Source: a bacterium (GTDB taxonomy: Bacteria; Bacteroidota; Bacteroidia; Bacteroidales; UBA932). From it: a stretch of DNA of 63,196 nt. Location: NCBI GenBank assembly GCA_963626825.1, contig CAVFXO010000032.1:1-63196 (forward strand), written 5' to 3'. Below are positions 46,323-55,878 of the stretch, piece after piece (positions within the stretch are counted from its first letter, which is position 1; each line of letters opens with the position of its first letter). Position numbers and translations under genes: made by a program. The notes under the pieces were generated by a model. That model did no database searches. It was not told where the DNA came from and saw only the letters and a program-made list of their open reading frames with translations.

Positions 46323-48173
46323 TTACCATCCCTGATTCTGCCAGTCTTTCCCGGTGAGAGCCTGGGCTTTGCGTACCTCGTCCAGCGGGAGAGGGAGCTT
46401 GAGGAAACGGGTGTCGCTGCAGTTTCTCTCTATGCGGAACCTCTCGTACTTACCGTCCGCAGAGATACGCATTCCGCTTACAGAAGCGTCCGTGAGAGAA
46501 AGATTCCCGTCAGGTTCGCACCAGCGTCTCACGTCCCAGAAACGGTGCTCCTCGAAAGCGAGCTCGACACGGCGCTCGTTCTTCAGTCTGAGCAGAAATT
46601 CCTCTCCGTTTTCGCTGATGCCCGGGAGTCCGACACGCGCACGGACGGCATTGACGGCTTCACGGGCAGTCATTCCATCGACAGGGGTGTCAGGGCCATA
46701 AGCCATATATGCGGCCTCGGCAAAATTTAGATAAAGTTCAGCAAGACGGAACTGTCTCAGATAGCCGTCCTTGTTACCGTTGTCGGCTCCGGAATCGGCA
46801 TTGATGAATTTTCTGAGATAGTATCCGGTCACCGTACGCCTCGTGTTGGACGGATCGCCGCTGATGGCGCAGTTGCCGCCCTCGCGGGTCCGGATCTCAA
46901 CCTCAGCACCGTTACGCTCGGCCACCGAGCCGTCAAAGTAAATGGTGCCGTAAAATCTAGGGTCACGGTTACGATACATAGATGCCGTACAGTCGCGGTA
47001 TCCGAGAGCGACGGCCTCAGGGTTGATATTCGGAGTTCCGTCTTCGTTGTATGGCTTCGAGAGCACCAGAAGAGGCACTGCAGTCAGTCCGTCTTCGGAT
47101 ACTACGTCATAGGCATCGACCATTTCCTGAGTCGGGCAGGCGCCTGAAGAAGCCTGACCGGCATCGAGTGGAAGTCCGTTGGTCTGCCAGAGGGAGCTCT
47201 GGAGATTACCATAGCAGTACGGTTGCATCAAAGTTTCCGTATCCCAAGAGAAAGTCCACGGGTAGGAAGACAGGAAATACTTGTCATACGGTCCGTATCC
47301 GGTCTCGGATTCCTGAGGGAAATTCGTATCTGTCCCCACCAGACGGCCTTTATGCGAGAGTACATTGGCAAGGCTCCTGCGGGTAATCTCCGCGGCCTTG
47401 GCCCAAGTATATTTTTCTGTCCCCGCACAGTCGTCGGCCCAGAGCGGGCTCGCCGCATAGAGAGCAGCCTGAGAGCGGATAGCCTCTATCGCACTGCGGC
47501 TTATCGTCGGGCAATATGTCGGAGCGGCATTGAACCACGCCAAAGCCGGATCTGCGGACAAAGCCTCCTCACAGTCTTTAAGAATAAAATCGACGCACTG
47601 CGCGAAACTGGCCCTGCTGTCGGCGCTGTAATCCCTATCGGAGGCTACAGGCTCATCGACGACAGGAACACCGCCCCATCTCTTGATCAGGAAAAGATAG
47701 TCCAGTGCCCTGAGAGCGTGGAACTGAGAGACAAACATTGCACGTACGCTTGCGTCGTACTGCGGGTTGAGATCTTCCTTGCCTAGATAATACAAAGCAG
47801 TGTTCGATATTCTTATGCCGTTGTACAGCGATTCCCAGAGATTGCTCCCCGTGCCAGTGGTGAAAAGAGGCATGGAAGAGGATGATACCGATCCCTTGTA
47901 CCAAAGAGCGGCATTGCCGTCGCTGTCAGAGGACTGGGCCTCATCACAATAGGCCGCGAGCATTTCCCCACCTTCGCAGTCGCCGGTGGCAACTCCGCTA
48001 TATACCGGGATAGAGAAAGCGCGGTTTATATTATAATAGGCGCGCGCCATATATTCATAGACGCTCTGCTCGCTTTCCACCCTGTCGTCGGACTGGCTGT
48101 CCATAGCCGACGTGCAGGCGGGAAGGATAGAGATGGCTACTGCAGCCAGGATGAGAATATGTTTCCTTTTCAT
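46323..48173 (-). CDS. susD: SusD/RagB family lipoprotein
   Basis: RDPRF, TGYYLRKF, RLAELYLNFAEA and ERRVELAFEEHRFWDVRRW motifs. Confidence 0.95.
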   Translation of the reverse strand: MKRKHILILAAVAISILPACTSAMDSQSDDRVESEQSVYEYMARAYYNINRAFSIPVYSGVATGDCEGGEMLAAYCDEAQSSDSDGNAALWYKGSVSSSSMPLFTTGTGSNLWESLYNGIRISNTALYYLGKEDLNPQYDASVRAMFVSQFHALRALDYLFLIKRWGGVPVVDEPVASDRDYSADSRASFAQCVDFILKDCEEALSADPALAWFNAAPTYCPTISRSAIEAIRSQAALYAASPLWADDCAGTEKYTWAKAAEITRRSLANVLSHKGRLVGTDTNFPQESETGYGPYDKYFLSSYPWTFSWDTETLMQPYCYGNLQSSLWQTNGLPLDAGQASSGACPTQEMVDAYDVVSEDGLTAVPLLVLSKPYNEDGTPNINPEAVALGYRDCTASMYRNRDPRFYGTIYFDGSVAERNGAEVEIRTREGGNCAISGDPSNTRRTVTGYYLRKFINADSGADNGNKDGYLRQFRLAELYLNFAEAAYMAYGPDTPVDGMTAREAVNAVRARVGLPGISENGEEFLLRLKNERRVELAFEEHRFWDVRRWCEPDGNLSLTDASVSGMRISADGKYERFRIERNCSDTRFLKLPLPLDEVRKAQALTGKDWQNQGW

Positions 48174-48175
48174 GA

Positions 48176-50788
48176 TCAGAAATCGATTTTAACGCCGAGA
48201 TTAAACACTCTGAATACAGGAAGCGAAGTCATCGTGCCGGTCTCCGGGTCCATAACCTTGGATTTCATAGCACTGACAGTGAATAAGTTCTGAGCACTGA
48301 GTATCCACTTAACGCTGCCGGTCCTGTAAGAAACCGAAGCATTTTTGAGTCTCAGGAAAGACCTGTTCTCGGTATTCCAGTCATTGACTTCGCTGCTCGG
48401 AGTCCTGACTCCGTAGCGCAGAGACGGAGAAGTGATCTTCTCTCCTGCCGCATAGCGCTCGGCAGTCCAGGCATTCCGGTGGAGGTCACAATAAACTCCT
48501 TCATAATTCAGGTCGGTGCCGTAATCGCTCGTAGCGTAGTAACCGGCCACTCCACTGAAGAGGAGCGACACTTCCAGGTCACGCCAGCCGCCTTCGAGCC
48601 TGAGTGAAGCAAAATCGGTCGGACAGCTGCCTTTGCCTATAGGGGCAAGGTCCTTCTGGTTGACAATTCCGTCACCGTTGAGGTCCTTGTACTTGAAATC
48701 GCCGAGCTGCGGCACGCCAAGTTCCGAGTACTTCTCGGTATATTCTGCAAGTTCCGCATCAGTATTAATGTATCCGTCTGTCAGATAACCGAATATCTGT
48801 CCTGAAGGATAGCCTTCGATTCTGTGGGCGTATGCAAATGTGGACGGATAGGCAGCTTCCTGAGCGCTGATGACCCTGTTGCAGGTATGCGCCCACTGAA
48901 GCACGGCCCCGATATGCCAATCGGTGAAGTTCTTCTTCCACGAAAGTGAAAGTTCAAAGCCCCAGTTGGACATCACTCCGGAGTTGACATAACTCTTCGC
49001 TCCGGAAGGGATTCCCTGGTAGGAAGGCAGAGAATTGCCCATACTGACAAGCATATTGTCGAGGTGGCGGTAAAAGCCGTCCGCAGTGAGACCGAATCCG
49101 TAAGGAAGGACCATATCCGCGCCGAGATTGACTTCCTTACGAAGTTCCGGCTTGAGGGAAGGATTGCCTTCGACGACGATGGTGCCGTCACGCTTGATAT
49201 AGTCTTTGTACAGATAGCGCAGATAACCTGTAGAGAAGCGGTCCGATGAGGCCAGTCCGCCACTGAGGCGCAGTTTCAGCCAGTCTGTCGTCTTCCATGA
49301 TACGTATGCGGAAGGCGTCGGAGTGTAGCGGTTTTCTCTTGAAAACGCATCGGAGCCGTTGATTCCGAGGGTAATGCCGGCATCGATCTTCGAATTCCAG
49401 CCATAGAGCAGCTGAAGGCCCATCGAGTGGGTATAGAAAGGCATTCCGGCCCCCGGATATTCAGCCTCCGCGGTATCTGCAAGTTCTTCGGTAAAATAAG
49501 AATAGAATCTGGCTCCGACAGAATGATCGTCAAAAGTTCTGTTCCAGTCCACGGACGCAATGTAGTCCACTGCGTACTGGTATGTACCGGCAACGGAATT
49601 GGTAAGGTTCGTATTGACAGTGCTTCCAAGCTGTTTCCAGTCAGAGACGGAGAAGTCATAATAATAACGGCTGAAATCCTGGAGCGAACGGTTGTAACGG
49701 TCGTTGCTGGACTGGAAAGCAAGTCTTCCTGATACGCTCAGGCCCTTGAGCAGGGCGGAGAGGTCAAACTTGAGTCCTGCAGAAGTCGAAAGATATGCGG
49801 AAGCAAGCTTCGTGTAGCCGGAGCGGTTAAGAAGTCCATAAGCGGGACTGTCCACACTCTGAACCGTAGCCACATTTCCGTCCGGGGTGAGGGCATCGGA
49901 AAGCGTAGGAGGCAGATTGAATATGGTCTGGTAAATATCAGAGTCATAACTATCCTCTCCGGCGAGAAGATTGTTCTGGATATTTCCGGCAATCTGTACG
50001 TCGGCGGTAATCCAGTCGGTCATATCTACATCGACCTTCGCCCTGAAATCCACCCAGGTCTTGCGTGGTTCCGTTCTGTACTGGGATGTCTCCTGACGCA
50101 GAATGGATGTCTGATTCATAAAGTTGATATTACTCCAGACCCTGATTTTCTCGGAGCCGCCGCTAACGGAAACCCCGGCCCGCTGCATAGTTGCGAACGG
50201 ACGCACATAACGGTCATACCAGTCATTGTCGCCGGTGCCAAGGTTAAGAGTCCCGGCATTTCCGGAATTCCTGAAAGCTTCAGTGCGAAGATCGGAATAT
50301 TGTCCGGCGGAGAGCCGCAGAGGTTTGGCGGAGATCTGCTGAATGGCGAAATCAGCCGTGGTCCTCACGGTAACCTTGCCAGGACGGCCGTGCTTGGTCT
50401 TGATGTAAATTACACCATTGGCCCCCCTGAGTCCATAGATCGCTGTAGATGCGGCATCCTTCAGAAGAGAGATACTCTCAATCTCCTCGGCGGTTATGAA
50501 GTCTATGTTATAATCCTGCATCTGTACGCCGTCGACCACGAAGAGAGGCGTAGAGCCGCTCTGGGTTGAAAGACCGCGGACGTATGCGGTTATGTCGGCA
50601 TATCCGAGTTCGCTTCCGGTCTCCAGCGTTCCAAGTCCCAGCATCTGGCCCTCGAGAGCCTGTAGCAGATGGGCGGAAGGCACATTCTCTATGTCTTCCC
50701 CGGATATGGTCTGCACAGACTGGGCCTGAGCCACAAAGCAGAATTGAACCAGCAACGCAGCGGAAGCTGCTATAATTCGTTTCATCAT
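48176..50788 (-). CDS. susC: SusC/RagA TonB-dependent transporter (short form)
   Basis: PLFVVDG, LKDAASTAIYGLRGANGVI, KYKDLNGDG and a terminal F. Start placed at the TAATG overlap with the upstream susD. Confidence 0.93.
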   Translation of the reverse strand: MMKRIIAASAALLVQFCFVAQAQSVQTISGEDIENVPSAHLLQALEGQMLGLGTLETGSELGYADITAYVRGLSTQSGSTPLFVVDGVQMQDYNIDFITAEEIESISLLKDAASTAIYGLRGANGVIYIKTKHGRPGKVTVRTTADFAIQQISAKPLRLSAGQYSDLRTEAFRNSGNAGTLNLGTGDNDWYDRYVRPFATMQRAGVSVSGGSEKIRVWSNINFMNQTSILRQETSQYRTEPRKTWVDFRAKVDVDMTDWITADVQIAGNIQNNLLAGEDSYDSDIYQTIFNLPPTLSDALTPDGNVATVQSVDSPAYGLLNRSGYTKLASAYLSTSAGLKFDLSALLKGLSVSGRLAFQSSNDRYNRSLQDFSRYYYDFSVSDWKQLGSTVNTNLTNSVAGTYQYAVDYIASVDWNRTFDDHSVGARFYSYFTEELADTAEAEYPGAGMPFYTHSMGLQLLYGWNSKIDAGITLGINGSDAFSRENRYTPTPSAYVSWKTTDWLKLRLSGGLASSDRFSTGYLRYLYKDYIKRDGTIVVEGNPSLKPELRKEVNLGADMVLPYGFGLTADGFYRHLDNMLVSMGNSLPSYQGIPSGAKSYVNSGVMSNWGFELSLSWKKNFTDWHIGAVLQWAHTCNRVISAQEAAYPSTFAYAHRIEGYPSGQIFGYLTDGYINTDAELAEYTEKYSELGVPQLGDFKYKDLNGDGIVNQKDLAPIGKGSCPTDFASLRLEGGWRDLEVSLLFSGVAGYYATSDYGTDLNYEGVYCDLHRNAWTAERYAAGEKITSPSLRYGVRTPSSEVNDWNTENRSFLRLKNASVSYRTGSVKWILSAQNLFTVSAMKSKVMDPETGTMTSLPVFRVFNLGVKIDF

Positions 50789-52632
50789 TACCATCCAGTA
50801 TTTTGCCATCTTTTGTTTGTCAGGGTGTATAAAGTCTGCGCCTCATCTTCAGGGATAGGAAGAAGCAGGTCGCGAGGCTTGGTGCCGTTGTTGGTAAGGT
50901 CACCGCCCACCCTTCTTTCATATTTCAGAGCCCCGGTGACAGGGTCCCTGGTTATGTACATCGCTGTCAGAGTATTGCAGCGAAGCTTGAAATCCTTATA
51001 TAGACTGCTGCTCTCGTATGCCTCCGCCCAGCGGCGCACATCGAAATAGCGGCACTCCTCATAGCAGAGCTCGACCATTCTTTCCTTGTGGACGAGCGCC
51101 CTGAGGGTCTCCTGTGAAAGTCCGTCAGGAAGCGCAGGCATCGAAACCCTGGCGCGGATCTCGTCAACCTGTGCCTTGGCCACGGAAAGATTCCCTGATT
51201 CCACTGCCGCTTCGGCAAGATTGAGCTTGATCTCGGCCAAACGGAAATACTTCCAGGGAGCTGCATCCTTAGTATTCACTGCATCGGCGTCCGGAGCCAC
51301 ATACTTTCTGAAATAGTAGCCCGTACGGGTAAACCTGTCCTCCTTGATGTCCTCGCTGAGGCCGTTGTCTCCGCCCACAAAGGTTTCTACATTCACCGGA
51401 GTCCCGTCCCAGAGGAGGGCGTCACCGTTCTTGATGACGGTCACATCCATTCGCGGGTCACGCTTCGCTGAATAAGGGTCTGCGGGATCGTATCCCAGCG
51501 AGAGAGCTGCAGCATTATAATTAGGAGTCTTGTCGGAATTGTACGGATTCAGCGGGTCGAGCAGAGGCTCGGAAGTGAGGCCGTCTGAAGAGAGCACGTC
51601 ATAAGCGTCCACGAGTTCCTGAGACGGGCAGGCACCGGCGCGGGTCGCGTTCTTCAGATTCGACGCGGAGCCGATGAAATTGTGTGAAATGGCGCTGAAC
51701 CCTTCGCTCCTCTGCCATATAGTCTCCCGGTCGGTGGAAGTGTTAAGGTAAGGAGAAGAGAAAAGTTCGTGGTAGGCTCCGGCAGGACCGCTATACACGG
51801 ATTTGTCCGCAATCTCGGTCTTAAGCGCGTAGCCATTGGCCTCCAGTTCCTGGACAGCCTTAAGATTCTGCTCGTAAGCCACCTTCCAGTGTTCGGCCTT
51901 CTCTGCATCCGTGAAATCCTCACCGTAAAGCGGACTTGCCGCGAACAGATAAGCCTTGCTCTTTATGCACCAGGCCAGAGCCTTGGTGACGCGAAGCTGC
52001 TCGGCAGAATTGTCTATCCTCCACGGAAGATATTCGGACTCGAGAGCCTCGTCACATTCGTCGGCCACGAATTCCGCCAGATCCCATACGTCATAGCGGC
52101 GCATCTTGGAATAGTCGTAATTGTCTGAAAAACCTTTCGGCTCATATCCGAAGGCACCGAACCACTTGATCATCTCAAGCATATAATAGGCCTTCAGCAC
52201 GTGCGCCTCTGCCGTCCAGCGGGAACGGTCGTTTTCAGAAGTGACGGTGGCGGTTTTTATATGGTCAAGGAAGATGGTGCAGACGCGTATCTGATAAAGA
52301 TATGTCGCATAGTAGTCTCCGTCATCGCGGAGAGGGTGCGTGCTGGCCGAGCCTGTACCCGAATAAATCTGGTCCGCCACACCCTTGAGCTCAGGCTTGT
52401 AGGTAAGCCAGGCCTCATCGCTCAGGCAGGTCGGAGCATTCTGAACAAATTCATAGGAGAACGCCTTCTCCGGAAGCCCGCTGTAGCAGGAGTTCAGATA
52501 GGCCGCGGTCTTGTCGTTGTCCGCGAAAATCTCATCCAGAGACTCACGTCCGTCCGGCGTTATGTCCAGCAGTCCGCAGGAAGTGAACAGCGGAAATAAA
52601 ACTGTCAATATTGCGAGAAACGTCTTTTTCAT
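50788..52632 (-). CDS. susD: SusD/RagB family lipoprotein
   Basis: RDPRM, TGYYFRKY, RLAEIKLNLAEA and ERMVELCYEECRYFDVRRW motifs. Confidence 0.95.
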   Translation of the reverse strand: MKKTFLAILTVLFPLFTSCGLLDITPDGRESLDEIFADNDKTAAYLNSCYSGLPEKAFSYEFVQNAPTCLSDEAWLTYKPELKGVADQIYSGTGSASTHPLRDDGDYYATYLYQIRVCTIFLDHIKTATVTSENDRSRWTAEAHVLKAYYMLEMIKWFGAFGYEPKGFSDNYDYSKMRRYDVWDLAEFVADECDEALESEYLPWRIDNSAEQLRVTKALAWCIKSKAYLFAASPLYGEDFTDAEKAEHWKVAYEQNLKAVQELEANGYALKTEIADKSVYSGPAGAYHELFSSPYLNTSTDRETIWQRSEGFSAISHNFIGSASNLKNATRAGACPSQELVDAYDVLSSDGLTSEPLLDPLNPYNSDKTPNYNAAALSLGYDPADPYSAKRDPRMDVTVIKNGDALLWDGTPVNVETFVGGDNGLSEDIKEDRFTRTGYYFRKYVAPDADAVNTKDAAPWKYFRLAEIKLNLAEAAVESGNLSVAKAQVDEIRARVSMPALPDGLSQETLRALVHKERMVELCYEECRYFDVRRWAEAYESSSLYKDFKLRCNTLTAMYITRDPVTGALKYERRVGGDLTNNGTKPRDLLLPIPEDEAQTLYTLTNKRWQNTGW

Positions 52633-52646
52633 ATCGTATGGAACTG

Positions 52647-55600
52647 CTAAAACTGCAACTGCACGCAGAAATTAATATTTCTGGTCAGCGGATAATTGTT
52701 TTCATTGTCTGTCTCCGGATCCACGTGACGGGTCTTCATATGATAGGTATTCCAGAGATTCTGTCCGACGATGGCGATACGCACATTCCCCAGACCGGCC
52801 TTCTTGACAACGCTCTTAGGAAGAGAATATCCGATTTCGGCATTTTTAAGACGGATGAAACTCATGTCACTGACCACGTAGTCATTTCGCTCGTTGGATG
52901 CGGAAGTGGCGAGAGTAGCATCGTTAAGAGCTTGATAGGTAATCGTTTCCCCATTCTCGTAACGCTCCTTTGTCCAGGCGTGGGTCTCCCACTCGCCGGT
53001 AAGATGTCCGTCGCCGAACATTCCCACGCAGACAAGAGAGTTCTTGTGAGCCACACCCTGCCAGAGCATACTTACGTCGAAGCCCTTCCACGACCAGCCC
53101 AAGTTGATGCCGTAGGTGATTTCAGGACACACGCTCGAATATCCGTAAGGTATCTGGTCCTTGATGTCGATCTTGTTGTCACCGTTCTGATCCACGAACT
53201 TCCACTGTCCGAGGAAAGAGCGGACATATCCGCCGGCGTCATACATCTTGCCGTATTTAGCAAGATCCTCATCGGTGTTGATATAACCGTTCCCGGCACC
53301 GTCTTCATAGTCAACCTGAAGCACCCATATCTGACCGATAGGATAACCTATCTGACGGTACTCGGAGTAATAGCCGCCCGTACCTGTCTTGAGCTTGACC
53401 TCATCAGCTGCGACCACCCTGTTTCGGGCAAAGTTGAAGTTGCCGGACACGTTCAGCGCCATATCGTTGTCGAAATACTTGTTGTATGTGAGAACGAGCT
53501 CGAATCCGTGATTCTTCACCCTTCCCATATTGACGCGCGGGAGCGAACTTGAAGACAGTCCCTGCACGAGAGGAATGGTGCTTCTGCTGACTAGAATGTC
53601 CTTCCTGTCCTCCCAGAAGAAGTCGGCGCTGAAAGTGAAGTCTTGACAGAATCCGATATCGATTCCGTAATTCTGCTTGTAAGACTTTTCCCAGGTCAGA
53701 TCCTTGTTGCCTATGATATTGGTCTGCACATAGTTGCCTTTACCGAGCGTGGAGATAGTGCCTCCGCTTACCACCTTGACGTCATCCAGGTAGAGGAATC
53801 TTGCGGCATCGGACATCTTGTCATTTCCCACCACTCCGTAAGAGGCGCGAAGCTTCAGCAGGTCGAGCATCTTGCGGTCCACATTGTCCCTGATGAACGC
53901 CTCTTCGCCGATGTTCCAGCCCACGGAGACAGCCGGGAAAACACCCCAGCGGTTTCCTTTCGCGAACTGCTCCGAACCGTTGACGCCGACATTGAGTTCC
54001 GCCATATAGCGGTTATCATAATCGTAATTGGCCCTCGTGGAGAAGTAAAGCATATTGTACGGGAGATACAGCGACTGGGCGTCATTGCTCACGTAATTGT
54101 CGTATTGTCCGAGAAGGATGGCGGAAACCGTATGCTTGTCGGCAAAAGTCTTGTTATAGGTGAACTGCATCTGCGTGTTGAACTTATAGTACGATGACGA
54201 TTCCCTTCCGGCCGTACCGTACTGATAGTTGAACTGGAGTGCAGGATCGGCATAGTAGCCGTTGTATGCGTTGTCTGACTGCTTGCGAATGAAATAAGAA
54301 GTGTCGTCCGGACCGGTCGCCTGGTGTACGCCGTACCAGTTGTACTCCCTGTACGCCTTGATGAAGCCGGTCGCATAAAGGTCATAGGAGAACATCGCCC
54401 TGAACTTCAGTCCGTCCACAAGTTTTCTCATGTTCCAGTCGAGAACCGCGCTCGAGTTGATGGTGGATTTGTTAAGGCGCATATAACCCGCATAATTCAG
54501 CCTGGCATAGAGCTGATAGGCTGTATTCATAATGAAACCACCCTCTTCCACCGCTTTGCCGTCACCATCCACGGAGCCTGCCGGAATGACAGGACCCGGA
54601 TAGATCGGAGCCTCGCGGTTGAGTCCGCCCGTAATGAAAGCGGAGGAACTGCCGTCAATGTCCATCGCTCCGCCGTTGCGTTCGTCGCTGTGATATGAGT
54701 TGTCCGATACCAGCGGACGGTTATTCGTGTTAAGGTATGAGCTGAGGTTGAGCGAGAACTTCAGGTCGTCGTTGATGTTGTAGTCAATGTTTGCACGGAC
54801 ATTGAGCCTGTTCAGATAGAAGCTCGGATCATATCCCAGCTTGTCGGCAGACTGGGTCGCGAAGATGCTGCCCTGATGGAGATACGATGCGTTGATAAAG
54901 TATGTCACGCCGTCGGAGCCTCCGGACACATTGGCATTAACCTTATACTGCTCACCAAGTTGCGTATATTCGTCCCAGGCGTCGCGGTTAGGGAAGAACC
55001 AGTCGTCGCCGTCCTTGAATTTCTGGATCTGCCAATCGGTATATGCCGGAGCCTTGCCAAGATTGGCATTCTTCTCGTTGAGGAGTTCGGCATATTCCCA
55101 GGAATTGACCTTGTATGCGCCGCGGTTGATGAGCTGCTGCACACCGTATTCCGCACCGATCTTGACATTGGCCTTGCCGGTCTGGCCCCTCTGGGTAGTG
55201 ACCAGGATTACTCCGTTCGCTCCCCTCACACCGAAAACGGCGGTGGCGGCCGCATCCTTGAGGATGGTCACGCTCTCCACCTCATTGGCATCAAGAGAGG
55301 ATATGTCGTCGCGCGGAACGCCGTCAATCAGGATCAGAGGAGAAGAATCACCATAGGTGCTGACTCCTCGCATCTGCATATTGACCTGTTCATTTCCAGG
55401 CATTCCGGAAGTCTGGGTGACCGTGAGGCCCGGGAGCCTTCCTGCCAGCGAACTCTGGAAATTGGAAACGGGCGACTTTCTGAGGTCATCGTTCTTCACA
55501 TAAGACAGCGATCCCGTCAGGGCGAGCTTCTTCTGGGAGCCGAAAGCTACGACCACCACTTCCTCCAGCTCGCTCATATCTTCAGAGATTACAATATCAT

Positions 55601-55877
55601 AAACGGTCGCGGACGTTAGAGGAACAGTCCTCTGGACATAGCCCAGAGCTGAAACCACCAGAGTCTTGTGGCCTGCCGGATCGAACCTCAGCGAGAATCG
55701 TCCGTCTATATCGGTGACTGCGCCAAGTTCGGTCGAGCCGTCCACGAGGACACCGGCTCCGATGACAGGAAGCCCGGTGTTGTCAATGACGGTACCCTCA
55801 ATCGTGATTTTCTGAGCGTTAAGCGACAGGCCCAACATCAGAAACAGCGACGCAAGTATCAGCTTCTTCAAATTCAT
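52647..55877 (-). CDS. susC: SusC/RagA TonB-dependent transporter
   Basis: N-terminal carboxypeptidase-regulatory-like domain, LEEVVVVAFG TonB-box region, LKDAAATAVFGVRGANGVI, LTWEK and a terminal F. Confidence 0.97.
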   Translation of the reverse strand: MNLKKLILASLFLMLGLSLNAQKITIEGTVIDNTGLPVIGAGVLVDGSTELGAVTDIDGRFSLRFDPAGHKTLVVSALGYVQRTVPLTSATVYDIVISEDMSELEEVVVVAFGSQKKLALTGSLSYVKNDDLRKSPVSNFQSSLAGRLPGLTVTQTSGMPGNEQVNMQMRGVSTYGDSSPLILIDGVPRDDISSLDANEVESVTILKDAAATAVFGVRGANGVILVTTQRGQTGKANVKIGAEYGVQQLINRGAYKVNSWEYAELLNEKNANLGKAPAYTDWQIQKFKDGDDWFFPNRDAWDEYTQLGEQYKVNANVSGGSDGVTYFINASYLHQGSIFATQSADKLGYDPSFYLNRLNVRANIDYNINDDLKFSLNLSSYLNTNNRPLVSDNSYHSDERNGGAMDIDGSSSAFITGGLNREAPIYPGPVIPAGSVDGDGKAVEEGGFIMNTAYQLYARLNYAGYMRLNKSTINSSAVLDWNMRKLVDGLKFRAMFSYDLYATGFIKAYREYNWYGVHQATGPDDTSYFIRKQSDNAYNGYYADPALQFNYQYGTAGRESSSYYKFNTQMQFTYNKTFADKHTVSAILLGQYDNYVSNDAQSLYLPYNMLYFSTRANYDYDNRYMAELNVGVNGSEQFAKGNRWGVFPAVSVGWNIGEEAFIRDNVDRKMLDLLKLRASYGVVGNDKMSDAARFLYLDDVKVVSGGTISTLGKGNYVQTNIIGNKDLTWEKSYKQNYGIDIGFCQDFTFSADFFWEDRKDILVSRSTIPLVQGLSSSSLPRVNMGRVKNHGFELVLTYNKYFDNDMALNVSGNFNFARNRVVAADEVKLKTGTGGYYSEYRQIGYPIGQIWVLQVDYEDGAGNGYINTDEDLAKYGKMYDAGGYVRSFLGQWKFVDQNGDNKIDIKDQIPYGYSSVCPEITYGINLGWSWKGFDVSMLWQGVAHKNSLVCVGMFGDGHLTGEWETHAWTKERYENGETITYQALNDATLATSASNERNDYVVSDMSFIRLKNAEIGYSLPKSVVKKAGLGNVRIAIVGQNLWNTYHMKTRHVDPETDNENNYPLTRNINFCVQLQF

Positions 55878-55878
55878 A

